Of a DNA stretch of 64,000 nucleotides, positions 1 to 8,239 are shown piece by piece. The stretch covers positions 18,108-82,107 of the forward strand of contig DYKZ01000001.1 of assembly GCA_020722345.1 (NCBI GenBank). The letters run 5' to 3'. How positions within the stretch are numbered: position 1 is the first letter of the stretch; each line of letters begins with the position of its first letter. The DNA comes from Anaerolinea thermophila. GTDB taxonomy: Bacteria; Chloroflexota; Anaerolineae; Anaerolineales; Villigracilaceae. The notes beneath the pieces are model-generated. The model saw nothing but the letters and a program-made list of their open reading frames with translations. It was not told where the DNA came from and did not search any database. Made by a program: the position numbers and the translations under genes.

Positions 1-324
1 CGAGTTCACTTTACCTGCGAGGCAGAAAAGCTGGACAGCATCGGTCGGGTAATTGACTTCAACGACATCAAGTCACGCCTGTGCATGTGGCTCGAAGACG
101 AGTGGGATCACAAGACGCTCATCTGGGAGAACGATCCTTGGGCAAAGGTTCTGCCCAGCATCGACCCCACGATTGTCATCGTGCCGTTCAACCCGACGGC
201 CGAGAACATCGCGCGATACCTCGTCGAAGTCGTGGGGCCGCAGCAGCTCCAGGGCACCGGCATCAAGCTCGTCCACTGCGATGTCGAAGAGACGCGCAAG
301 TGCTCCGCCTCTTTCCACGCATAA
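1..324 (+). CDS. queD: 6-carboxy-5,6,7,8-tetrahydropterin synthase (QueD), 5'-truncated by window edge
   Basis: Frame 1 is open from nt 1 to TAA 322-324. The translation ...[52 protein letters not shown] matches the C-terminal half of PTPS/QueD (IDFxxLK, DHxxL, NPTxENIA, ET). Confidence 0.8.
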   Translation, partial: RVHFTCEAEKLDSIGRVIDFNDIKSRLCMWLEDEWDHKTLIWENDPWAKVLPSIDPTIVIVPFNPTAENIARYLVEVVGPQQLQGTGIKLVHCDVEETRKCSASFHA

Positions 325-334
325 GGTGACCCAA

Positions 335-1231
335 ATGAAGAAACTCAGTATCGGTGAACTCAACACGCTGGCCAAGCGCACGGCCCAGCAGATCAACAGC
401 GCCCGCGTAGCGGGGCAGATCGCGGGGCTGGTGGCTTACCCCATACCCCGTGGCGGTGTCAGCGCTGCGCTGGCTGTAGTCGCCTGCCTCGACGGTATGG
501 TGCTGACCGAGAACCCTGCCGAGGCGGACTTTTTCCTGGACGATCTGATCGACAGCGGCAGCACGATGGAACGCTGGTGCGACGAGCATCCGGGCAAGCC
601 GTTCTTCGCACTGATCGACAAGAAGTCCGAACCCGAGTTTCGCGACCGCTGGGTCGTGTTCCCGTGGGAGGAGACTGCCGAGGCTGGTATCGAGGATCAC
701 ATCGTGCGTCTGCTGGAATACGTCGGCGACGACCCATCGCGCGGCGGTCTGCTGGAGACGCCCAAGCGCGTAGCGAAGGCGTGGCGCCACTGGTGCGGCG
801 GCTACGGTAAGGATCCGAAAGAGCTGCTCAAGGTGTTCGAAGACGGTGCCGAGAAGCATGACCAGATGGTGACGGTCAAAGACATCCCCATCTACTCACA
901 CTGCGAGCACCATCTGGCTCCCATCTTCGGCACCGCGACCATCAGCTACATCCCGAACGGAAAGATCGTCGGTCTGAGCAAGCTGTCGCGCCTGGCGGAT
1001 ATGTTTGCGCGGCGCCTGCAAGTGCAGGAACGCCTGACCGACCAGATCGCGGACGCGCTGTTCGAGCACCTCGGAGCGAAGGGCGTCGGTGTGGTTATCA
1101 AGGCCCGCCATATGTGCATGGAGTCCCGGGGCATCTGCCAGCAAGGGCACCACACCATCACGACCGCGCTGCGCGGTGCCATGCGCGATGAGCCCGACAC
1201 CCGTGCCGAGTTTCTTCGGCTTGCCCAGTAA
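335..1231 (+). CDS. folE: Fusion protein: N-terminal Gpt-like type I phosphoribosyltransferase domain plus C-terminal GTP cyclohydrolase I (FolE)
   Basis: ATG at 335 starts MKKLSIGEL. The PRPP loop [12 protein letters not shown] and the ending RWVVFPWEE resemble xanthine-guanine PRTase. The C-terminal half has [40 protein letters not shown] and HMCMESRGI, all typical of FolE. The 392-aa track ORF's first 94 aa are an out-of-frame read through queD. Confidence 0.85.
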   Translation: MKKLSIGELNTLAKRTAQQINSARVAGQIAGLVAYPIPRGGVSAALAVVACLDGMVLTENPAEADFFLDDLIDSGSTMERWCDEHPGKPFFALIDKKSEPEFRDRWVVFPWEETAEAGIEDHIVRLLEYVGDDPSRGGLLETPKRVAKAWRHWCGGYGKDPKELLKVFEDGAEKHDQMVTVKDIPIYSHCEHHLAPIFGTATISYIPNGKIVGLSKLSRLADMFARRLQVQERLTDQIADALFEHLGAKGVGVVIKARHMCMESRGICQQGHHTITTALRGAMRDEPDTRAEFLRLAQ

Positions 1232-1247
1232 CCGCTAGTTCTGCTAC

Positions 1248-1278
1248 AATAACGGGACATTATCGATGTCCCGTTATT
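1248..1278 (+). promoter_or_regulatory. Perfect 13-bp inverted repeat (AATAACGGGACAT / ATGTCCCGTTATT, 5-nt loop) between folE and dpdA
   Basis: Read directly from the sequence. It sits just 5' of the GGAGG (1281-1285) and ATG 1290. No U-run follows. Confidence 0.4.
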
Positions 1279-1289
1279 ACGGAGGTCTC

Positions 1290-2210
1290 ATGAATATATT
1301 CATGGCGGCCGTTTATACGAACGGCTACATGCCGGGGCAAACCCGACACGCCAAGCTGACTGAACACGAGCAGAACATCTGTAAGAACCTGCCGCACATT
1401 CTCGAATCGTATCACTACGTCGGGAAACAGAAATACGTCGATGACATGCGTCGCGATGGTGCTAAAGTGTTCCTCGACTCCGGTGCGTTCTCTGCGTACA
1501 CGCTGGGAGTGGACATCAGCGTGGCTGAGTATTGCGACTATATCAATCGCAACCGAGACATCATCCGGGTTGAGGATGGTGTCATGATGGCGTCTGTGCT
1601 GGACGGCATCGGTGACCCGCTACAGACGTGGCGCAATCAACTCGAGATGGAGCAACGCGGGGCGAAGCCGCTGCCATGCTTCCACGCTGGTGAGGATGAG
1701 CGTTATCTGGAATGGTACGTCGCCAACTACGAATATATCACGCTGGGCGGCATGGTGGGCAGCTCCACGAAACAGCTCTGCATCTGGCTGGACCGCATGT
1801 GGGATCGCTACCTGACCGACGGTAGCGGGAACGCACGCATCAAGGTTCACGGGTTCGGCATCACCTCCATTCCTATCATGGAGCGCTATCCGTGGTATTC
1901 CTGTGACTCGTCCTCCTGGATTCAGTCTGCTGCGTTCGGTAGCATTGTTACACCGAAGCACGGGCCCATAAGCGTGTCCGAGAAGTCCCCCAGCAGGCAT
2001 GACGCGGGGCAGCACGTAACCACACTGACGCAGCAGGAGCAGGACTACGTTCTGCAGATGCTCGAGGAACAGGGCTTCACCTATGAGCGCCTGTCGTCTG
2101 TGTACGAATCGCGTGCCGCGTACAACCTCTGGGCATTCGGTGTTATCAACACTATGATCAACGCTGCGAACTCCGAGAAGTTCAAGGCCCGTGTCCAGGA
2201 GCTTTTCTGA
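1290..2210 (+). CDS. dpdA: DpdA-like DNA-guanine transglycosylase (TGT superfamily, 7-deazaguanine insertion into DNA)
   Basis: TGT-like motifs are present: VFLDSGAFS, ITLGGMVG, VHGFGIT, CDSSSW. There is no tRNA-TGT zinc site. The gene lies next to queD/folE. ATG 1290 has a GGAGG 4 nt upstream, whereas the in-frame ATG 1266 lies inside the hairpin. Confidence 0.75.
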   Translation: MNIFMAAVYTNGYMPGQTRHAKLTEHEQNICKNLPHILESYHYVGKQKYVDDMRRDGAKVFLDSGAFSAYTLGVDISVAEYCDYINRNRDIIRVEDGVMMASVLDGIGDPLQTWRNQLEMEQRGAKPLPCFHAGEDERYLEWYVANYEYITLGGMVGSSTKQLCIWLDRMWDRYLTDGSGNARIKVHGFGITSIPIMERYPWYSCDSSSWIQSAAFGSIVTPKHGPISVSEKSPSRHDAGQHVTTLTQQEQDYVLQMLEEQGFTYERLSSVYESRAAYNLWAFGVINTMINAANSEKFKARVQELF

Positions 2211-3163
2211 TGCTTAAAGAACTCAAATTCGTACAGGGCGCGGTGGCGAAGAAAGATTTCGTCCCCGCGATGACGCACTTTGCAATCGAAGACGGAACCG
2301 TGCGCTCGTATAACGGCACGCTGGCGCTGTGCAGCCCCATCCCGTTCGATATCAACTGCAAACCGAAAGCGGGCCCGCTGGTGCAAGCGATCAGCAATTG
2401 TGATGACACCGTCACGCTAAGCATGACGCCTGCGGGAAAGCTCAGAATTCAGAGCGGCAAGTTCAAGGCGTTCGTGGACTGCATCGAGGGTGAGACCGCT
2501 CACGTACTACCCGAGGGGCAGGAAGTCGATTTTGACGGCGAGCAGATTCTCAAGGCGTTCAAGACGCTGTCACCGTTCGTGGGCGATGACGCCTCGCGTC
2601 CGTGGACGAATGGTATTCTGCTCCGTGGGCAGTCGGCCTTCGCGACGAACAACGTGTGCCTCGTGGAGTATTGGGTCGGCGCGCAGATCCCATTCACCGC
2701 CAACATTCCGTTCCAAGCAATCCGCGAAATGCTCCGCATCAACGAAGCGCCCACGCATGCGCAGCTCACCGAAGGGAGCATCACCTTCCACTATACCGAC
2801 GGCCGCTGGATCCGCAGCCAGCTCTATAGCACCAGCTGGCCTGACCTGTCCCGCGTGCTGGACCGTGAGTGCGCACCTGTGGCCATCGACGAGCGTATTT
2901 TCGACGGTCTCGAGGTGATCAAGCCCTTTGCAGATAAGCTGGGCCGGGTGTTCTTCCACGGGGAAGCGGTCAAGACCCACATGGAAGAGGGCATCGGTGC
3001 TTCGTACGATATGCCCGGGTTTCAGGTTGAAGGCATCTATCAGATTGAGATGCTCAAGCTGCTGAAAGGTGTGTGTCACAAGATCGACTTCGCTGCGTAC
3101 CCGAACCCCTGCATCTTCTTCGGGGATCGCCTGCGGGGTGCAATCATAGGCATGCGCCTGTAA
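2210..3163 (+). CDS. DNA polymerase sliding clamp (beta-clamp-like)
   Basis: 317 aa. The N-terminus MLKELKFVQGAVAKKDFVPAMTHFAIEDGTV..GTLAL has the pattern of beta-clamp N-termini. The start overlaps the dpdA stop (TGATG) and the gene directly precedes a polymerase. Confidence 0.55.
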   Translation: MLKELKFVQGAVAKKDFVPAMTHFAIEDGTVRSYNGTLALCSPIPFDINCKPKAGPLVQAISNCDDTVTLSMTPAGKLRIQSGKFKAFVDCIEGETAHVLPEGQEVDFDGEQILKAFKTLSPFVGDDASRPWTNGILLRGQSAFATNNVCLVEYWVGAQIPFTANIPFQAIREMLRINEAPTHAQLTEGSITFHYTDGRWIRSQLYSTSWPDLSRVLDRECAPVAIDERIFDGLEVIKPFADKLGRVFFHGEAVKTHMEEGIGASYDMPGFQVEGIYQIEMLKLLKGVCHKIDFAAYPNPCIFFGDRLRGAIIGMRL

Positions 3164-3217
3164 GCTATACACCACAGCGCCACGGCCCGCTTAATGGCCT
3201 TTATTTGAGGAAAGTCA

Positions 3218-5428
3218 ATGCGTTCAGATGCTCTTGGTCTGTTCTGGGAAGACAGACCGCCACCGCCCAAAGAGAAGGCCGAAAAGGCAAAGCGGACCCC
3301 GCCGGACCCTGTATGGCTCCGCCCTGACTATCTGCCAGGGCTAGAAGAAGCGCTGCGCATGCCCATCGGGGTGATGACGCAGGCGGAGATGGTGCAGGCT
3401 GCAATGGCACGCGACCGCATGCTGTTCGACATCGAGTGTTATGAGAACTACTTCCTGGCATCGTTCCGCTCGCTGACGACCGGCAAGGTCGCATTCTTCG
3501 AGATGTACGAGGAACACCCACTCGACATCAACACGCTGGGATGGGCCTTGCAGAACTTCCTGACCGTTGGGTTCAACTCGCTCTCGTACGACTTGCCAAT
3601 CACCTATCTTGCACTCGCCGGCAAGCCTATGTCATTGCTGAAGCATGCAACGAACCAGATCGTTCTGGAGGGTTGGCGAGGGCAAGACGTGCTGAAACAG
3701 TACAAGGTGAAGGCGCTGAAGGTTGACCACATCGACCTGATCGAAGTCGCTCCGCTACGCGCCAGCCTGAAGATCTACGGCGGTAGGCTGCACGTTCCGC
3801 GTATGCAGGATCTGCCGTTCCACCCTGACACTATTCTGACACCCGAACAGCGTGCGATCGTTCGCTGGTACAACCTCAACAGCGACTTGACGAGCACAGG
3901 GTTCCTCCATGAGTGCCTACGCGAGCACCTGGACCTCCGTACTACTCTCTCGAACGAGATCGGGGTGGACCTGCGTAGCAAGTCAGACGCACAGATCGCT
4001 GAAGCGGTGATTGCGGAGGAATACCTGCGCCGCACGGGTAAGCGCCCGGAGAAGCCCATCATTGAGGTGGGCACGATGTACCGCTACCGCGTGCCCCAAT
4101 TCATCAAGTACCAGTCCGAACTCCTCAATTGGGCGCTCGGTGTGGTAGCGAACGCCAACTTCATCGTTGACGACACGGGATCCATCGGGATGCCGGAAGA
4201 GATCAAGGCGCTAAAGTTGGATATCAACGGGTCGGTGTACCGCATGGGCATCGGCGGTCTACACTCAAGCGAAAGCACCGCAGCGCACGTCAGCGACGAC
4301 CAGTACCTCCTGATCGACAAAGACGTGACATCGTACTACCCGTTCATCATCTTGAACCTCGGTCTGTACCCGCATCACCTGGGCCCGGTGTTTCTGCACA
4401 TCTATAAGAACATCGTTGACCGGCGCATTGCAGCCAAGGCGCGCGGGGACAAGGTGACCGCGGACTCCCTCAAGATCACGATCAACGGGTCGTTCGGCAA
4501 GCTGGGCAGCAAGTATTCGATCCTGTACTCGCCTGACCTGCTGATTCAGGTGACAGTGACGGGTCAGCTGAGCCTGCTGATGTTGATTGAGCGCCTGGAG
4601 ATAGCCGGCATCCATGTGGTCAGCGCCAACACCGACGGCATAGTGATCAAGTGCCCGCGCAACATGCAAGGCGTGATGGATGGCATCGTGGCGCAATGGG
4701 AAAAGGACACGGGCTTCCAGACTGAAGAGTCCCGTTACCTCGCTCTGTACAGTCGCGACGTGAATAACTACATCGCAGTCAAGCAGAAGCAAGATAAGGA
4801 GACTAAGGCCTGGCTGAACGAACCTGACGGAACGAAGTGCAAAGGCGCCTATGCCAACCCGTGGGCCAGCAAGAAGAACATGGCCGAACGGTTGCACAAG
4901 AACCCGACGAATACGATCTGCGTCGAGGCTGTGGAGGCGCTACTAACGAAGGGCGTGCCGATCACCACAACGATTCGCCAGTGCCGTGACATCACGAAGT
5001 TCGTTAGCGTGCGCAGCGTCAAGGGTGGCGCGGTGAAGGTGTGGGAGCGTATTCCTCCGCCCGCGCACACATCACAAGAAGAACTTCTGAGGATGGCTGG
5101 GTTCGTTCCGTTTTCTTCCGGTAGCTGGGTCAGGGGTGAAGACAAGCTGGGGCGCACTGCCATGGCGACCGATCGTGCGTATAAGGTAGCCTGGGACGAA
5201 CTGTCGAAGCCTGGGCTAACAGAGTTCCTGGGCAAGTCGATCCGCTGGTATTACGCGCAGGGCGTAGCGGGTGAGATCGTGTACGCGACGAACGGGAACA
5301 AGGTGCCCCGATCTGAGGGAGCGAAGCCCCTCATGGACCTGCCGAGTGAATTCCCGACCGACGTAGATTTCGAGTGGTACGAAGAGGAAGCTCGAAAGAT
5401 CCTCGAGGTGATAGGGTACGCCACATGA
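3218..5428 (+). CDS. Family B DNA polymerase with 3'-5' exonuclease domain
   Basis: Exo I FDIECYE, Exo II FNSLSYDLP, Exo III WYNLNSDL. Pol motif A DKDVTSYYPFII, motif B KITINGSFGKLG, motif C SANTDGIV. RBS GAGGAAA precedes the ATG. Confidence 0.85.
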   Translation: MRSDALGLFWEDRPPPPKEKAEKAKRTPPDPVWLRPDYLPGLEEALRMPIGVMTQAEMVQAAMARDRMLFDIECYENYFLASFRSLTTGKVAFFEMYEEHPLDINTLGWALQNFLTVGFNSLSYDLPITYLALAGKPMSLLKHATNQIVLEGWRGQDVLKQYKVKALKVDHIDLIEVAPLRASLKIYGGRLHVPRMQDLPFHPDTILTPEQRAIVRWYNLNSDLTSTGFLHECLREHLDLRTTLSNEIGVDLRSKSDAQIAEAVIAEEYLRRTGKRPEKPIIEVGTMYRYRVPQFIKYQSELLNWALGVVANANFIVDDTGSIGMPEEIKALKLDINGSVYRMGIGGLHSSESTAAHVSDDQYLLIDKDVTSYYPFIILNLGLYPHHLGPVFLHIYKNIVDRRIAAKARGDKVTADSLKITINGSFGKLGSKYSILYSPDLLIQVTVTGQLSLLMLIERLEIAGIHVVSANTDGIVIKCPRNMQGVMDGIVAQWEKDTGFQTEESRYLALYSRDVNNYIAVKQKQDKETKAWLNEPDGTKCKGAYANPWASKKNMAERLHKNPTNTICVEAVEALLTKGVPITTTIRQCRDITKFVSVRSVKGGAVKVWERIPPPAHTSQEELLRMAGFVPFSSGSWVRGEDKLGRTAMATDRAYKVAWDELSKPGLTEFLGKSIRWYYAQGVAGEIVYATNGNKVPRSEGAKPLMDLPSEFPTDVDFEWYEEEARKILEVIGYAT

Positions 5429-5507
5429 ACTGTTACACCTTCTGCGGTAGCACAAAGGTTGTGGGCAGTTTTGTGGAAAACGGGCTTGATAGGCTGCGCC
5501 TGACAGG

Positions 5508-5552
5508 ACGGGCTTGTCGATTGAAAGAAATATCGGCAAGCCCGTTTTTATT
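5508..5552 (+). terminator. Rho-independent terminator after the polB gene
   Basis: Stem ACGGGCTTG (5508-5516) pairs with CAAGCCCGT (5537-5545), with an inner TCGAT/ATCG extension, followed by TTTTTATT. An extra direct copy of ACGGGCTTG lies at 5480-5488. Confidence 0.6.
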
Positions 5553-5618
5553 GCTTGCATCTGCTCATGAGGTGTCCTACAGTTACACCATGCCGCAAGT
5601 CGATATTGGAGAGTTGAT

Positions 5619-5897
5619 ATGGAAGAGACCCTCATCGAGGAGATCGTGCTGCGTTACCGCCGTCTGGTTCCGATGACCACGCATGGCGAGCACCTGTTGT
5701 TCATGAAGGTGAAACACGCGCACATGATGCACCCTCTTCAGCTGGACGCACTGCTGATCGCTACCGACGAGGATCTCGTTCATGACGTGGAAGGCATTGC
5801 GCAACACTTCGACACCGCTGCCGGCGTTTACCGCGAGCTGTTTTGGCCGCGCTACGCGGCGGCGTGCGGTGGCCAGTGCAACCATACCGGCCACTAA
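5619..5897 (+). CDS. hypothetical protein
   Basis: 92-aa ORF with GGAG 7 nt upstream of the ATG. No recognisable motif. Confidence 0.45.
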   Translation: MEETLIEEIVLRYRRLVPMTTHGEHLLFMKVKHAHMMHPLQLDALLIATDEDLVHDVEGIAQHFDTAAGVYRELFWPRYAAACGGQCNHTGH

Positions 5898-5958
5898 CCG
5901 ATCGCGGCCTGTACCCCCGAAAGCGGGGCCCGCAGCATAGTTCAATAAGGAGAGCGCA

Positions 5959-6183
5959 ATGCGCAGACGTACCAAAGACAATTTCTATCGAATCTGCGCC
6001 GGTTTGGCCTTTGTTCTTGTGGCCGGTGTCGTCGGGTCCATGGACTACGAAGACGCAGTCCTGGAGGAGCGTGCATACTGCAAGAACGTCCACGAGGGCA
6101 TCTGGCCCGACTATGATGAAATCTATGCGGAGGTGTGCTATGAAGGCCAGCGTCGCGCTGATCTCGCTACTGCTGAGCGCTAA
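5959..6183 (+). CDS. hypothetical membrane protein
   Basis: AAGGAG RBS. One hydrophobic helix, ICAGLAFVLVAGVVG. Confidence 0.45.
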   Translation: MRRRTKDNFYRICAGLAFVLVAGVVGSMDYEDAVLEERAYCKNVHEGIWPDYDEIYAEVCYEGQRRADLATAER

Positions 6184-6535
6184 CGCTGCGCAGGCCTGTG
6201 ACTGGCGCTGCACCGCAGCCTGGTTCAACAGCGACCCAGCTACCCGCATGACAGCGGACGGCCCGAACCTTGCTGCCTACGGGCAAGCCGGCGCAAGCGG
6301 GGCGGAGGCGGTGTCGCGGTGCAAGCTGGACGTCGCGTATGCGGTGACCGAACTCGCCAAGCGGGAGGAGTTTCAGAGGAAGTGTTATGACCTGTATCGC
6401 GCTGACGTGCGCGAGGACATGCGGGCCGTAGATGCGCGGGTCGGTACGTCACCGTCGCGTGTGGACATTCATATCAACATTGAGCGGGAGAACGACAATG
6501 CGCCTCTTTATCAAGATCCCTGCCTGCGCTCGTGA
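6140..6535 (+). CDS. hypothetical secreted protein
   Basis: Internal ATG 6140 has GGAGGTG upstream. The N-terminus MKASVALISLLLSANAAQA looks like a Sec signal peptide. The upstream part of the 230-aa track ORF is Arg/Pro-rich and not protein-like. Confidence 0.5.
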   Translation: MKASVALISLLLSANAAQACDWRCTAAWFNSDPATRMTADGPNLAAYGQAGASGAEAVSRCKLDVAYAVTELAKREEFQRKCYDLYRADVREDMRAVDARVGTSPSRVDIHINIERENDNAPLYQDPCLRS

Positions 6536-6620
6536 TTGGCGGTGCGGTCGCCTGGATCCTAATCGAAATCTTCTCGACGATCAACACCGCCCTCACTACC
6601 GCCATGAAGGTCGCAGGGGG

Positions 6621-6989
6621 CTAGAGCGCCACTCCCGCTGACCAGCCGCCTGCCTTGAACGCGGAGAGCTTCTCCTCGTCCTCGATGTATGCGACCCAGC
6701 CAATGCGCGGTTGCGCGAATACCCAGGAGCCGGCCGGCGTGCCCGGAACCCATACGGCGACGTTTCCGTCGTACCCCAGCCAGGCATCGGTGGCGCCGGT
6801 CGGGACAATGTAGGTGTCGCCTTCTGCTGGTGCGCCTGGAGGTGCGGTGAGGTCGCGGTCCTTCACGGACAGGTGAAAGCCGAAGCGTCCCATGCGCAGC
6901 AGGTTCGCGTCCATGCCGGCGTTCCAGCCGTTCTCACCATACGTCCAGCCCCAGGCAAAGCCCGAGCGCGGTTCAGTCTTCGATGCCAT
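6621..6989 (-). CDS. DUF2793-like tail fibre-associated protein
   Basis: GDTYIVPTGATDAWLGYDGNVAVWVPG..WVFAQPRIGWVAYIEDE matches the DUF2793 pattern as I recall it (GDrYiv..atGaW.G....a.w..g.W.f..P..GW). It is the last gene of the tail module. Confidence 0.6.
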   Translation of the reverse strand: MASKTEPRSGFAWGWTYGENGWNAGMDANLLRMGRFGFHLSVKDRDLTAPPGAPAEGDTYIVPTGATDAWLGYDGNVAVWVPGTPAGSWVFAQPRIGWVAYIEDEEKLSAFKAGGWSAGVAL

Positions 6990-7001
6990 GTTGTTCTCCT
7001 G

Positions 7002-8237
7002 TTACGGGTTGCGCGGAACGAGGCCCGGGATCACCTCGAACTCGATGTTTGGGTCAAGATAAACGATGCGGTCAGGAAGCTGAAACCAGTCATAAGGCGA
7101 CGTGATCTTGCGCCGCGGCTTCAGCGCGCCGGTCGTGGCGTTGTCCAGGAGCTTCTGCTTGACCGCCTGAACCTGCGCCCGGGTCGTCAGCCTCCGGTAG
7201 CCCTGGAGCATACAGGCTACCACGCCGGCGACTATGGGCGTTGCGTAGCTCGTCCCGTTGCCGAGCCGGTAGCCGCCCCCCTCGGACGCCCTCTGAGCCG
7301 ATAGCGTGCGCTGGGCCGGGGCGAGAATGTCCACGTCAGTCAGGCTCCAGTTCGTCCCGTAGCCCGATTCAGGCGTGTAGTACGGGGTGTCATCCGGGGC
7401 GAGCCCGCCGCACACAATGGTGTCCGGGTCCGACTCCGCCGGGCGGATCACGGAGGCCGTGATGTCGGTCGCCTCGTTGCCTGCGGGATAGCAGCAGACG
7501 ATCCCCGCGTTGATCATGTCCGTCACCGCGGCGTCGATGGTACTGGAGAAGTCGGACCAGCTCATGAACATCACCGCCGGGCGGTCATCGTCCGCTTGGG
7601 TGTTGTACTGGGACAAGATCGCGCCCATGGCGGCGACCGCGTTGGTCACGCTTGCTCCCGAGTGGGCGTCGTAGAACTTCATGGAATGGCCGCGGGCTTC
7701 GCGGGCGATGCCGACCGTGCGCCCGAGGGCGAGCCCGAGGCAGTGCGAACCGTGACCGGAGGCGTCCAGCTCCGCTTTCGCGTAGTTCGAACGGTAGTGC
7801 CAATATTGGTTGACCCGGCCCCCGAACTCCGGGTGCGTGTACTCCACCCCGGAGTCGATGATAAAGATGTCCACCCCCGCTCCGGTCCGCTTCGCGTTGA
7901 ACGTCGAAGTGCGCGGGAACGGCAGCGCCCCGCCTCCGGGCGTCCACCACGGGTTCCTCCGGCGGATAACCCGGGCGGCGGACCAGCCGCCGGTTCCCCG
8001 CATGTTCTGCTCCAATACCAATTCCTGGAAGCAGGGCGTCAGTTCCTCGTCACCGTCATCGACGGCCTGGACCGAGGGGTGGGCGCGGAACGGAAATGCC
8101 GCCGCGGCCACTCCAGGCACGCGGAGATGGCGAGGAAGGCCCGGGAAGGGCTCAATGGTCAGGCCCGCGGCCCGGACCTCCTCCGCGAAGGCCGCGGCGA
8201 GGTCGGGCGACTTCAGCACAACGATAGTCTCAGCCAT
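7002..8237 (-). CDS. Subtilisin-family (peptidase S8) serine protease with N-terminal propeptide-like domain
   Basis: Catalytic triad contexts: IIDSGVEYTHPEF (Asp), SGHGSHCLG (His), GNGTSYATPIVAGVVA (Ser). About 110 aa lie N-terminal to the Asp box. Confidence 0.85.
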   Translation of the reverse strand: MAETIVVLKSPDLAAAFAEEVRAAGLTIEPFPGLPRHLRVPGVAAAAFPFRAHPSVQAVDDGDEELTPCFQELVLEQNMRGTGGWSAARVIRRRNPWWTPGGGALPFPRTSTFNAKRTGAGVDIFIIDSGVEYTHPEFGGRVNQYWHYRSNYAKAELDASGHGSHCLGLALGRTVGIAREARGHSMKFYDAHSGASVTNAVAAMGAILSQYNTQADDDRPAVMFMSWSDFSSTIDAAVTDMINAGIVCCYPAGNEATDITASVIRPAESDPDTIVCGGLAPDDTPYYTPESGYGTNWSLTDVDILAPAQRTLSAQRASEGGGYRLGNGTSYATPIVAGVVACMLQGYRRLTTRAQVQAVKQKLLDNATTGALKPRRKITSPYDWFQLPDRIVYLDPNIEFEVIPGLVPRNP

Positions 8238-8239
8238 GA

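Noticed and set aside
53-334. N-terminal 94 codons of the 392-aa track ORF 53-1231.
   Set aside because: This part is read in a different frame through queD and is Ser/Arg/Thr-rich junk. The real fusion gene starts at ATG 335, after the queD stop.
6532-6624. A 30-codon + strand ORF, (V)IGGAVAWILIEIFSTINTALTTAMKVAGG, overlapping the preceding stop (GTGA) and sharing its stop (CTAG) with the convergent DUF2793 gene.
   Set aside because: It looks like a TM peptide but it has a GTG start, no clear Shine-Dalgarno and is very short. The evidence is insufficient to call it.
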